A stretch of 64,000 bases of DNA from Candidatus Rifleibacteriota bacterium (GTDB lineage Bacteria; Muiribacteriota; Ozemobacteria; Ozemobacterales; Ozemobacteraceae): contig JADFYG010000018.1 of the NCBI GenBank assembly GCA_015233155.1, positions 11,000 to 74,999 on the forward strand, written 5' to 3'. Shown one piece after another: positions 19,384 through 29,094 of this stretch; positions within the stretch are counted from its first letter, which is position 1, and each line of letters starts with the position of its first letter. The translations under genes and the position numbers were made by a program. The notes beneath the pieces are model-generated. The model was given only the letters and a program-made list of their open reading frames with translations, searched no databases and was not told the origin of the DNA.

Positions 19384-20277
19384 ATGCTTGCAAGAATCCG
19401 GCCGGTACTTGCTGTCCTCGTCGTCTTTTTTCTGGTAATTCAAAACAACGCATTTTCTGATCCAATAAATCATAAGAGAGATAATCGCCAAATTTCAGAT
19501 TCAAAAACCAGGGCAGGGGTAATTCAAGTTCATAAGAATAACAATTCAGCATCATTCGTACCACTTGCTACTCCCAGTCACTTTCATAGAGATGACCATG
19601 CACGTGCAATTCGCCCGGAGATAGGGGTGCAAAGACCGCCACATCCTTCAATCACCAGAGGGCCGGTTTATGAAAACAAAAGACACGAAAATGATTCGGA
19701 CAACCATCATTCAATAGCTGAGAGACAGAGAAATCACACCAACCAATACCCCTACAGGAATGCCTGGAGACCCCATAATTTCATCAGAAGAAACGAGATC
19801 ATTTTTGATCAGGGATATTATATCTCCAGTAATGATGACTTCGAGCGGGAAACTCAGACATATCAGGAACTTTACGACAGAGTGAAATACTTCGATGACA
19901 GGGTTAAGAGTCTTCGTCTTAAAATCCAGGTTCAGGACAATACACTGAGAGAAGGCATCCGGGTGGAGAATATCTTGAGATCGAACCATACAAATGACAC
20001 ATATGTTCTTGAGTATGAAGTCGCCAACTTTTTTCTGGATCACGACATATTCATCCCGGATGAAAACCATGACGGAATCCTGAACTACCGAGAAGTCGAG
20101 AATCTACTCTCAAATGTGGATGAATTCATCTCCAGAATCAGAGCAGAAAATAATAATAATGAAAATGAGCTTCGGAATAATCTTACCCAGTATGATCATG
20201 CACTGGAAAGACTTGTTGCTCACGTCGACAAATATCGCGGCGGTGGCAGCGAGATAATTGTTCGCTATCGGCGATAA
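19384..20277 (+). CDS. Secreted hypothetical protein with a His/Arg/Pro-rich N-terminal region, an EF-hand-like loop and a coiled coil
   Basis: RBS GGAGG 19371-19375 then ATG 19384; signal peptide; DENHDGILNYRE at 20059-20094. Confidence 0.65.
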   Translation: MLARIRPVLAVLVVFFLVIQNNAFSDPINHKRDNRQISDSKTRAGVIQVHKNNNSASFVPLATPSHFHRDDHARAIRPEIGVQRPPHPSITRGPVYENKRHENDSDNHHSIAERQRNHTNQYPYRNAWRPHNFIRRNEIIFDQGYYISSNDDFERETQTYQELYDRVKYFDDRVKSLRLKIQVQDNTLREGIRVENILRSNHTNDTYVLEYEVANFFLDHDIFIPDENHDGILNYREVENLLSNVDEFISRIRAENNNNENELRNNLTQYDHALERLVAHVDKYRGGGSEIIVRYRR

Positions 20278-20307
20278 TTCAAAGTTTCACAGTATTTTGA
20301 AACATTT

Positions 20308-20335
20308 AGTCCGGCCCGTGCATCGTGGCCGGACT
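20308..20335 (+). terminator. Hairpin terminator after the secreted hypothetical gene
   Basis: AGTCCGGCC-N10-GGCCGGACT followed by TATCTTTT. Confidence 0.6.
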
Positions 20336-20503
20336 TATCTTTTGAGGCACCTGCAAAATCCATGGGATATTCCAGGAGCGAGGCGGTATTTACAAACGCG
20401 GCTGAATTTGATTTAGAGACCTCTGTGTCTCCGAGATTTGTTAAGGCATCGTCGGGATCATTGGGTTTCTTTGGCAATCATGAAACGAGGCCTGTCTCGC
20501 CTG

Positions 20504-20531
20504 AAAAACCGCAACATACTGCGGTTTTTTT
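20504..20531. terminator. Orphan bidirectional intrinsic terminator
   Basis: AAAAACCGCA-ACATAC-TGCGGTTTTTTT. Confidence 0.7.
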
Positions 20532-20730
20532 GCATTACGCTCCTACTTTACCAGAAAAAAAGTTTGTTCCAGCAATTTTTCGGATCCCGATGCTTAATAT
20601 ACGCTGCCAAATGCTCCAGCAATCCGTTTGTATGGCCGTGCACCCGAAAACACTCGTGGCATCTTGTTATCGGATAAAAACGATGATATGATACTGGCCA
20701 TCGCATTATAGATTGCATCGGAGTTGAACA

Positions 20731-21639
20731 TTGAGTCCATTCAGTGATCTCGAACGACCGCGACGCCCATTTTTTCTTCCTGCACGCGGAACTTTGTCGG
20801 AAAACACAGCTGAACGAATTCGAAATCGCACGGTGCGTGTGCGTCTTCAAAGCCTGGGACGGCTGGTGGGCCCGATAAAAATCGCATCTTTCGTATTAAT
20901 CATGACGGGATTGTCATATTTTTCAATCGTTCAATTGAAACATCTTTTCTTCGAAACTTCCTATTTCGAGATCAAAAATATTGAGGTTCAAGGTGTTCAC
21001 ATTCTGAAGCGGGAAACCATTCTGAACATTGCAGGAATAGCCCCAGCCATGAACGTTCTTAACCTTGACAGGGATGAAATCCGAGCACGGTTGTTGACGC
21101 ACCCTGTCATCCGGGATGCGTGTATAGAACTCTCCAGTTTGAATACTCTCAGACTTGGTATTACTGAACGCACACCACTTCTGTATGTAAAAGCGGGCAC
21201 GGCGTTCATGGAAATTTCCGATGACGGCGTAATCCTTGCTACCAACACCTACGGTGAACGCGATCTTCCCATCATCACGGGTCTTCACCTCGACGGCAGG
21301 AAGGTAGGAGATTGTATAACGGATCATGATGGCTTTATAGAAGCCCGCACATGGGTGACAAGTCTCGGTGCAACGCTTTTGAAAGGGCTTTCAGAATTGA
21401 ATTTTTCCAATACCCAGAACCCATATCTTTTTCTTGCCGGTGGAGAAAAAGTGTATCCAAAAAATCTCGATGATTTTCGAGAAAGATATGTTTTTTTGTG
21501 TGCACTCCTTGACAACCTCAAAAAGAATAATGTAGAACCAGATACCCTTGACATGAGGGCACCAAACGAAATAGTCGTCAAACCCAAAAAAATGCGAAAA
21601 TCCACAGAAGGGAGTCCTCGACACGGTGCAAGTGGATAA
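20731..21639 (+). CDS. ftsQ: Cell division protein FtsQ/DivIB
   Basis: Single TM helix, POTRA (F.IKNIEVQG...L.RE.IL), ITERTP, C-terminal LDMR; directly upstream of ftsA. Confidence 0.85.
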   Translation: MSPFSDLERPRRPFFLPARGTLSENTAERIRNRTVRVRLQSLGRLVGPIKIASFVLIMTGLSYFSIVQLKHLFFETSYFEIKNIEVQGVHILKRETILNIAGIAPAMNVLNLDRDEIRARLLTHPVIRDACIELSSLNTLRLGITERTPLLYVKAGTAFMEISDDGVILATNTYGERDLPIITGLHLDGRKVGDCITDHDGFIEARTWVTSLGATLLKGLSELNFSNTQNPYLFLAGGEKVYPKNLDDFRERYVFLCALLDNLKKNNVEPDTLDMRAPNEIVVKPKKMRKSTEGSPRHGASG

Positions 21640-22858
21640 CCTTGTTGCCGGCTTGGACATCGGCACCACAAAAGTGTGTGTGATCATTGGCGACATTCAG
21701 GATGATCATACGGTTAATGTTATTGGTGTGGGGCACGCCTTTTCCGGAGACGGAGTAAAAAAGGGAATTATTGTCGACATAGATCGCACATACGATGCAA
21801 TCATGGCCGCCGTTGACGAAGCCGAAAAAGTAGCCGACGTTGTAGTAAAACAGGTATTCGTTGGAATAGCCGGCTCGCACATCAGCTCGACCAATAGCCA
21901 GGGCATCGTTGCCATAAAAGGCAACAGCCATGAGATTACCGATGAGGATATCGACCGGGCTGTCGAAAATGCGAAAACTGCCGTTGCAACTCCCTCACAC
22001 CAGGAAATAATCCAGATTTTGTCCGGCGGCTTCACAGTCGACGAGCAAAAAGAAATCGAAAACCCCCGCGGTATGGTTGGAAGCCGCTTGGAAGCCCAGG
22101 TCCACATCGTCAGTGGGGCCGTCACCGCAATGGCCAACATTCGAAAATGCTGTGAACGAGCCCAGCTCAAGGTCGAGGATGTGATTCTTCAGCCATACGC
22201 ATCGAGCGAGGCGGTTCTCACCCCCGATGAACGCAAACTTGGCGTCGTTCTTGTTGATATCGGCGGGGGGACAACCGATGTAATCATATTCCAGAGCGGC
22301 CACGTGAAGCACACATACAGTGCCGCCATCGGTGGACAATACGTAACTAATGATATCGCCGTGGGTCTGAAAACCTCTACCGCGGCGGCAGAAAACCTTA
22401 AGATCCGTTATGGCGTAGCCAGAGCAGATCTGGTTGACGAGAAGGCAATGATCGAAGTTCCAATGGCCGGGGGAGATCGCACGAAATCCTATCAGCAGAA
22501 ATTTCTGGCCGAGATCATCGAACCTCGCATGGAAGAAATGTTCAACGATATCAAAGAACAGATCGTAAAACATGTATCAATCGATGTGATTCCCGCAGGT
22601 GTAGTGTTGACCGGGGGCACCTCGCTCATGACCGGATGCCTTGAACTCGCCGAAGAAATCCTGGGGCTTCCCGTAAGACGCGGGTCCCCGATCGGCGTCG
22701 TTGGCCTCAGGGAGCGGGTGAGCAGTCCAATATATGCGACTGCCGTTGGCTTGCTCCAGTTCGCATCGCATGCGGAAAGAAATGAAGCCCCCGAGACCGG
22801 AGTCCTGGGCGGCTTGTCAGATCGTATACGATCATTTTTCAGAAGCTTTTTCGAATGA
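21626..22858 (+). CDS. ftsA: Cell division protein FtsA
   Basis: [35 protein letters not shown], amphipathic C-terminus. Confidence 0.97.
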   Translation: MQVDNLVAGLDIGTTKVCVIIGDIQDDHTVNVIGVGHAFSGDGVKKGIIVDIDRTYDAIMAAVDEAEKVADVVVKQVFVGIAGSHISSTNSQGIVAIKGNSHEITDEDIDRAVENAKTAVATPSHQEIIQILSGGFTVDEQKEIENPRGMVGSRLEAQVHIVSGAVTAMANIRKCCERAQLKVEDVILQPYASSEAVLTPDERKLGVVLVDIGGGTTDVIIFQSGHVKHTYSAAIGGQYVTNDIAVGLKTSTAAAENLKIRYGVARADLVDEKAMIEVPMAGGDRTKSYQQKFLAEIIEPRMEEMFNDIKEQIVKHVSIDVIPAGVVLTGGTSLMTGCLELAEEILGLPVRRGSPIGVVGLRERVSSPIYATAVGLLQFASHAERNEAPETGVLGGLSDRIRSFFRSFFE

Positions 22859-22923
22859 AAAAACGAAATAGAGAATATCCAGAAAAGATTGCCGGCAGGG
22901 CAGAGTTCAAAGGAGGCAGGAAA

Positions 22924-24063
22924 GTGGTGTTTGATTTTACTCAGGCGGGTGCGGAAAATGCTGAGATCAAGGTTATCGGTGTCGGCGGAGGCGGAACGAA
23001 TGCGGTAAACCGCATGATAGAAGCCAATCTGAGCGGCGTTGAATTTATCGCTGCCAATACTGACGCTCAGGCTTTGGGCCGGTCTCTGACGAAAGTCAAG
23101 ATCCAGCTTGGAGACAAGCTTACCAAAGGTCTTGGAGCCGGTGCAAATTATGAAATCGGCAAGAAGGCTGCCGAAGAAGATCGTGAGCGCATTGCAGAAG
23201 CGCTTGACGGTGCCGACATGGTATTCATCACAGCGGGAATGGGCGGAGGAACAGGCACAGGTGCAGCTCCTATCGTCGCCGAAGTCGCCCGCGAATGTGG
23301 TGCACTCACCGTCGCCGTTGTCACTCGTCCATTTCGATTCGAAGGAAAGCGCCGCAATTCTGCCGCCGATCTTGGTATAAAGAACTTGAAAGAGCGCGTT
23401 GATGCTATCATCGTTATCCCTAACGATAAGCTTCTTGATGTTTCCAAAGAAAATATCACTATGCTCGAAGCCTTCCGGTATGCAGACGACATTCTGCGTC
23501 AAGGCGTTCAGGGCATCTCCGACATCATCGTCGTTCCCGGAGTAGTAAACACGGATTTTGCTGATGTAAAGACAATCATGACGCAAGCCGGCTCCGCTCT
23601 TATGGGCATGGGCTTCGCAAGCGGCGAAAACCGCGCTGTAGCCGCCGCCCAGATGGCTATTTCCAGCCCGCTTCTCGAATCCTCCATTCAGGGGGCAAAG
23701 GGCGTGTTGATCAACATAACCGGCGGTCCGGATCTGGGTATCCACGAGGTTCACAAGGCCTGCTCAATCATTGAAGAAAGCGTCGACGAAGATGCCAATA
23801 TCATTTTCGGCGCCGTCATGGATGAAAGCCTGGGAGACAATATCAAGATAACCGTTATTGCCACAGGTTTCGGCGAAGAATCACGATCTGCGATTGATCC
23901 TAAGAAACGCATTATCGAAGAGATTCGCATGGTTCCGAGGCAGAACATCGAGCAGATTCAGCCCACGCCGATGCCTGCTATCGCTGCTTCCGGCAGCGGA
24001 CACTCGACGTCAGAACGATACGACGATCGGGAAATTCCCGCCTTCCTGCGCAGGCGCCGCTGA
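22924..24063 (+). CDS. ftsZ: Cell division protein FtsZ
   Basis: [33 protein letters not shown]-terminal EIPAFLRRR; AGGAGG at 22911-22916 supports a GTG start at 22924/22927. Confidence 0.98.
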   Translation: MVFDFTQAGAENAEIKVIGVGGGGTNAVNRMIEANLSGVEFIAANTDAQALGRSLTKVKIQLGDKLTKGLGAGANYEIGKKAAEEDRERIAEALDGADMVFITAGMGGGTGTGAAPIVAEVARECGALTVAVVTRPFRFEGKRRNSAADLGIKNLKERVDAIIVIPNDKLLDVSKENITMLEAFRYADDILRQGVQGISDIIVVPGVVNTDFADVKTIMTQAGSALMGMGFASGENRAVAAAQMAISSPLLESSIQGAKGVLINITGGPDLGIHEVHKACSIIEESVDEDANIIFGAVMDESLGDNIKITVIATGFGEESRSAIDPKKRIIEEIRMVPRQNIEQIQPTPMPAIAASGSGHSTSERYDDREIPAFLRRRR

Positions 24064-24092
24064 TTCATAATCCAAACGGATTCTGCAAACTA

Positions 24093-24125
24093 CAGGTCCC
24101 GGTCTTGATAAAAGGCCGGGATTTG
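24093..24125 (+). terminator. Hairpin terminator after ftsZ
   Basis: CAGGTCCCGGTCTT / AAGGCCGGGATTTG stem, T-rich 3' side. Confidence 0.55.
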
Positions 24126-24148
24126 TTATTAAGATCAGGATCATCATT

Positions 24149-25627
24149 GTGGGCTTAAAACACCGCTGGTCAATCGAATCGCTTTCCGACGCACTCCTGA
24201 AGAGTGAGAAACGGGAGTTTGAGGCAGCGCGAGCTGGCAGGATACATCTCGGGCTGATTTTCCCTGCGCCTTACGCTCTCGGCATTTCAAATCTTGGTTT
24301 TCAGACGGTTCATCGAATTGCCGCATCAACTCCGGATATCGGTGTGGAGCGATTCTTTATTCCATTACAAACCGGCGTTCCACATCCACCCCCATACTAT
24401 TCATTCGAATCGAAGCGCCCCCTTGGAGACTTCGATGTTCTCGCTTTCTCGCTGAGTTTCGAGGGCGATTTCCATGCAATCGCGGCAGTCCTCGGACCTC
24501 TTGGCATCCCGGTACTTGCTGAGGAACGCCGCCGCAAACGCTTTCCATTACTTCTTGCGGGTGGAGCGGCAGTGGGCAGTAATCCGGCGGCGCTGTCCCG
24601 CATTTTCGATATTCTGGTACCAGGAGAAGCGGAGACCGTTCTGCCCGATCTTTTAAAGCGCTTTTTATCAGAAGGAGTCGAAGCAGGAACGGCGGCCGAC
24701 CTCCCCGGAGTATGGGCACCAGCCTATCATAGCGCTCCAAATCCGCCGCGTCCCCCCCACGACGTCGCCTCAGAACCTGCTTATGCGCATATAATTTCAG
24801 AAAAAAACGTATTCGGTGGAGCTGCATTGTTTGAAATAATGCGTGGCTGCCCACGTGCATGTGCCTTCTGTCTTGCCCGCGTATTGTATTATCCGGCACG
24901 CCCCGTCCCGACAAAGCGTCTTGTCGAATGGCTCGATCAGCGGCCAGAAACAACTGAGCTTGGTTTGGTGGCGCCTTCGCTTTTCGACCATCCGGAGTTG
25001 ATTTCAATTCTGGAACTGTTAGCCGGGCGCGGAATTCGTCTTCGCAACTCTTCGGTAAAATGGGAAGCCTTATCTGATCAGATACTGGGTCTACTGGCTA
25101 AATGCGGTCCACGCGCCTTGACACTGGCTCCGGAAACCGGAAGTCTCCGTCTCCGGGCTGACATGAGCAAACCCTTGTCTGAAGAGCGTTTTTTTGCTAC
25201 GCTGGACAGGATATGGCACCATGGATTCGAAAGCGTGAAACTGTATTTCATGATAGGGCTCCCGGAAGAAACAGATGCCGACCTTGAAGAGACCGCAGCG
25301 TTTATTGCGGGAATTGCTGATAAAACTCCCTCCGGAAAGAGCTTATCAGCGACTTTTTCTGGTTTTGTTCCCAAGGGAGGAACAGCCTGGCAGGACTGTT
25401 CTGCACTTCCGGCAACTGAATTCAAACGAAAATTCGCTCTGCTTCGATCTGTTCTCAAACATTCCGTGCCACGTTTGTCAGCGCGATTCGAAAGCCCCGA
25501 GGACATAGTTCAGCAGGCATATCTGGCAAAAGTCGGACCTGAGTTGGCCGACACACTCAACGAGGAGGCACACGCATGGCGACGGAGCGGGCGATTCCAA
25601 AACCGAGCATGGGAATCCGATTTCTGA
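24149..25627 (+). CDS. Radical SAM protein with N-terminal B12-binding-like region (TIGR03960-like)
   Basis: EIMRGCPRACAFC (CX3CX2C), TLAPETGS.RLR, KLYFMIGLP.ET. Confidence 0.85.
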   Translation: MGLKHRWSIESLSDALLKSEKREFEAARAGRIHLGLIFPAPYALGISNLGFQTVHRIAASTPDIGVERFFIPLQTGVPHPPPYYSFESKRPLGDFDVLAFSLSFEGDFHAIAAVLGPLGIPVLAEERRRKRFPLLLAGGAAVGSNPAALSRIFDILVPGEAETVLPDLLKRFLSEGVEAGTAADLPGVWAPAYHSAPNPPRPPHDVASEPAYAHIISEKNVFGGAALFEIMRGCPRACAFCLARVLYYPARPVPTKRLVEWLDQRPETTELGLVAPSLFDHPELISILELLAGRGIRLRNSSVKWEALSDQILGLLAKCGPRALTLAPETGSLRLRADMSKPLSEERFFATLDRIWHHGFESVKLYFMIGLPEETDADLEETAAFIAGIADKTPSGKSLSATFSGFVPKGGTAWQDCSALPATEFKRKFALLRSVLKHSVPRLSARFESPEDIVQQAYLAKVGPELADTLNEEAHAWRRSGRFQNRAWESDF

Positions 25628-26655
25628 CGCTGATCCTTGCACTCGTTGGTATGATGCTGGCGTCAGGTTGCGGCGAGGAGAACAACAAGCCGGCCGTCGT
25701 CAAAAAACCACGCATTGGTTTGATGATTACACCAAAAGGACTGAATGATCGCGGTTTCAACGACATGGCTTTTGAGGGTTTAAAATCAGCCGAACGCAAA
25801 TCCGGCGTCGAAACTGTCATTATCGAGCCCGCAACCATGAAAGATCCTGAAACATCTTTGCGGTTTTTCGCGGGACAGAATTTCGATGCCATAATCGCTG
25901 TCGGGGGCGCTTTTTTGAAGGATATTCGCACGATTTCGAAGGAACAACCCGAACTGCCGTTTTTCGTCATCGATTCGTCAATGTCAGAAGGTAATATTCG
26001 CGGCGTGTCTTTCCGTGAACATGAGGGTAGCTATTTATGTGGTTATACTGCCGCGAGTGTTTCTAAAACAGGAAAAATAGGCTTCATTGGCGGCGTCAAG
26101 ATCGATGTTATCCAGAGATTTGCGGCGGGTTACCGGCAGGGAGCGCTTGCAGCCGCAAGTCAGACACAAATTATAGAATATTATCTGGCCGAAGATTTTT
26201 CCGGTTTCAATAGGCCTGATCTGGCTAAGAATGCAGCACTGGAGTTATACAAATCAGGGTGTGACGTCATTTACCACGCGGCAGGTGCATCGGGGCTTGG
26301 TGTTATCTCGGCCGCGGTCGAAACAAAGAAATTCGTTATCGGGGTTGATTCGAACCAGGATTCGCTGGCGCCGGGTCAGGTCCTGACAAGTATGCTCAAG
26401 CGTGTTGATCTCGTTGTAGAAGATGTTGCACGCACGCTTTCCGATCGACGCGGCCCCGAATCAGTGAAGCTTTCATATGGTATGGCCGATGGTGCTATTG
26501 ACCTGACTGATTTTCAGTTCAGCAGACGAGTAGTGGATGATGAACTCATGGCTCGTCTGACTTCGTTAAAACAGGATATTATCGCCGGTCGCCTGATCGT
26601 CTCACCGACGTTCGCAACGAGCGCATCAACGACTATCCTGCAGACATCACCCTGA
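25609..26655 (+). CDS. BMP-family ABC transporter substrate-binding lipoprotein
   Basis: Lipobox ASG-C; DRGFNDMAFEGL, F.EHEGSYL.G, DVIYHAAGASGLG, IGVDSNQD, TSMLKRVD. Confidence 0.93.
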   Translation: MGIRFLTLILALVGMMLASGCGEENNKPAVVKKPRIGLMITPKGLNDRGFNDMAFEGLKSAERKSGVETVIIEPATMKDPETSLRFFAGQNFDAIIAVGGAFLKDIRTISKEQPELPFFVIDSSMSEGNIRGVSFREHEGSYLCGYTAASVSKTGKIGFIGGVKIDVIQRFAAGYRQGALAAASQTQIIEYYLAEDFSGFNRPDLAKNAALELYKSGCDVIYHAAGASGLGVISAAVETKKFVIGVDSNQDSLAPGQVLTSMLKRVDLVVEDVARTLSDRRGPESVKLSYGMADGAIDLTDFQFSRRVVDDELMARLTSLKQDIIAGRLIVSPTFATSASTTILQTSP

Positions 26656-26660
26656 ACCAT

Positions 26661-27485
26661 ATGGATGAACGTCCCATAGGGGTCTTCGATTCAGGGGTCG
26701 GTGGTCTGACCGTAGTTAAAGAACTGAGACGCCTCCTTCCCACCGAGGATATTATCTATTTCGGAGACACAGCCCGGGTTCCTTACGGGAATAAATCTAT
26801 TCCGGTTATTCGGCGCTTCTGTCTTGAAATCACACGATTTCTGGAAGCAATGAAGGTGAAAATGATCGTCGTGGCATGTAATACGGCGTCATCGCTGGCA
26901 CTCGATTATCTGCGACGCAACACGGAACTGCCGGTCATAGGTGTAATCGAACCCGGAGTGCAGGCCGCGCTCCGAGATCCTAGTACCAAGCGAGTCGGCA
27001 TAATTGGCACCACTGCGACAGTGCGTTCAGAGGCATACCAGACCCGCCTCAAGCGATTACGGTCGGGCTGTATTGTTTCGGCACTGGCCTGCCCTCTGCT
27101 TGTTCCGATTGTCGAGGAAAACCTTCTTAATTCACCGATCATAAAACTCGTTTTAGAAATGTATCTCTCCAATTTTCGTACAATGAACCTGGACACTCTT
27201 ATCCTTGCATGTACTCATTATCCGCTTCTGAAGCCGGCAATAGCCGAGTTTTTCGGTGACGGAGTGCGCCTCGTGGATTCAGCCGAGGAAACATCACGTG
27301 AGGTCGCGGAGGTACTAAAAGCGCGAAGAATCAGCGCTCCACGAACGCATGTGGGATCATCCGAATTTTATGTTTCTGATAGCCCGGATGCGTTCATGGC
27401 TGTGGGTAGTCCTTTTCTCGGCTATCCGATAGAAAAGGTATTTCTTGAACCCGTATGGCAACGCGATGTGGAATCGTCAGGCTAA
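26661..27485 (+). CDS. murI: Glutamate racemase
   Basis: FDSGVGGLTV, YFGDTARVPYG, VACNTAS, LILACTHYP. Confidence 0.97.
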   Translation: MDERPIGVFDSGVGGLTVVKELRRLLPTEDIIYFGDTARVPYGNKSIPVIRRFCLEITRFLEAMKVKMIVVACNTASSLALDYLRRNTELPVIGVIEPGVQAALRDPSTKRVGIIGTTATVRSEAYQTRLKRLRSGCIVSALACPLLVPIVEENLLNSPIIKLVLEMYLSNFRTMNLDTLILACTHYPLLKPAIAEFFGDGVRLVDSAEETSREVAEVLKARRISAPRTHVGSSEFYVSDSPDAFMAVGSPFLGYPIEKVFLEPVWQRDVESSG

Positions 27486-28809
27486 CTTAGTCGGGCAATA
27501 TTTAAAGGGTGAAACTATGACTATGACTATGGCAGGGCGTGACCGCCGGGCACGCCGAAGCGTGAAACAGCGCACCCAGCAGTCGCGCCCTACTACAGCC
27601 CTTTTAATGCGTTTGCCCTGGCGAACAGTTATATTTATCGGTTTTTTTCTGCTTCCACTATATGCAACCGGCATTGCCGAAGCCGTCGATCGCATTCCGT
27701 CACAAGGCTCAGAACCCATTCGCATCGGAGTCGTAGGGGCGCTTACCGGTCCCAAAATGCCATACGGCCGTTCGCAGCTCCATGGAGCGGAACTTGCCGC
27801 TTTGGAAATCAATTCGGGTGGCGGAATTGCCGGACGGAAAATTGAAATTGTGTCAGCCGATGATCACGGCGAGCCAGGTGACGTCGGAAGTATTGCCGAT
27901 GGCCTGATCCATCGTGATCGCGTCGCCGCCATAGTTGGCTCAGTTGATTCAGGCTGCACTCACGTTCTGGCCATGCTGGCCGTAAAATGCCATGTGCCGC
28001 ATATTACCTGTGTTGCAACCGATCCCTCACTTACCCGCGCAGGCACACCCTGGACATTTCGCACTCTCGCGGACGACGAACGTCAGGCCGAAGCCCTCGT
28101 CGAATGGCTCCACACAAACAATGTTTCGCGTCTGGCATTGATCGCGGCCGAAACCCGTTACGGGAAAATGGGCGCAAAAACCATGACTCGCAGAGCTCGT
28201 GCTGTGGGAATGAGGGTCGATGGTCCATATATGATCGCCATATCCAGTGACAAAAACGACGCGAGGAAAAACCCGGATGCCGGTGATCCTGAGGATATTG
28301 TTGCAAGAGCTCTTAACGGAGCTTCTTCGGGCGAGTTTGCTCCGGACGCCGTCGTAATATGGGGCCTTGCCCGCGAAGGAGTTCGCGTAGCTGCAGCGCT
28401 TTCCAAACTGAAATTTCACGGAATCATATGCGGTGGCGACGGTCTTGCCACTCCGGCTTTTTATGGCTCAGCAGCTTCAGAAACAGAAGGTATAATAGTT
28501 ACATGTCCATATGTGGAATCCGATCCCGGGCCCGCAAACAGAATATTTCGCGAGGCTTATAGACAGGCATACGGTGAGCTGCCGGATTCATTTGCCGCAC
28601 ACGCATGGGACACACTGCATCTCATTGCAAAGGCTCATTCCACAGCGGGACCAGAGGCTTCCCCTGACGCTTTTCGCGAAGCCATTTCACTGGTCGGAAG
28701 CAATTTCGAGGGAGCGACCGGACGCATTGCATTCGATGCCACGGGAAATGACACACGCCGCGTGCGACTAGCCCGCTGCCGAGCTGGAACTCTTGAGCCA
28801 TTCAAGTAA
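27445..28809 (+). CDS. Branched-chain amino acid ABC transporter substrate-binding protein (true start probably downstream, near 27517)
   Basis: IRIGVVGALTG, GAELAALEIN..GGI.GRKIE, DD.G.P, FRT..DD..QA, F.GATGRI.FD..G. Confidence 0.88.
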   Translation: MNPYGNAMWNRQANLVGQYLKGETMTMTMAGRDRRARRSVKQRTQQSRPTTALLMRLPWRTVIFIGFFLLPLYATGIAEAVDRIPSQGSEPIRIGVVGALTGPKMPYGRSQLHGAELAALEINSGGGIAGRKIEIVSADDHGEPGDVGSIADGLIHRDRVAAIVGSVDSGCTHVLAMLAVKCHVPHITCVATDPSLTRAGTPWTFRTLADDERQAEALVEWLHTNNVSRLALIAAETRYGKMGAKTMTRRARAVGMRVDGPYMIAISSDKNDARKNPDAGDPEDIVARALNGASSGEFAPDAVVIWGLAREGVRVAAALSKLKFHGIICGGDGLATPAFYGSAASETEGIIVTCPYVESDPGPANRIFREAYRQAYGELPDSFAAHAWDTLHLIAKAHSTAGPEASPDAFREAISLVGSNFEGATGRIAFDATGNDTRRVRLARCRAGTLEPFK

Positions 28810-28822
28810 AGGTGAGGCCCTA

Positions 28823-28876
28823 AGCAACCATTTCGAAACAGCAAAACGTTGTCCTACAGCGAATTTCCCCGACCGG
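28823..28876. repeat. Degenerate half-copy of the palindromic element at 40592-40707
   Basis: 42/54 identical to 40654-40707 in an ungapped manual alignment. Confidence 0.7.
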
Positions 28877-28968
28877 AGTTACCATGATCTATTTTTTCAC
28901 GCCCCCATCGGGCATAAGCGCTACTTAGGAATAGCTTGTCATCTCGAACGAATGTGAGAGATCTCTTA

Positions 28969-29035
28969 TTATCTGTGTTTATCTGTGTTCATCTGTGGTT
29001 AAATTTGGTTATCGTTTAAGAGTATGCCACTACCC
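28969..29035 (-). repeat. Dispersed 67-bp intergenic repeat, copy 2 (inverted), with 10-nt periodic ATCTGTGTT(T/C) units
   Basis: TTATCTGTGTTTATCTGTGTTCATCTGTGGTTAAATTTGGT...TTAAGAGTATGCCACTACCC; the reverse complement matches 5600-5666. Confidence 0.85.
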
Positions 29036-29094
29036 GTAATTTTAGGAATGGTTTTATACCGATTTCATAGATTCTTGCGATATACTAAGACATC

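Noticed and set aside
20362-20850. Several short ORFs upstream of ftsQ
   Set aside because: They overlap each other, cross a strong terminator hairpin, and have no RBS or recognisable motifs.
22492-23754. 420-aa minus-strand ORF
   Set aside because: Lies antisense to ftsA/ftsZ and has no motifs; a codon-bias shadow.
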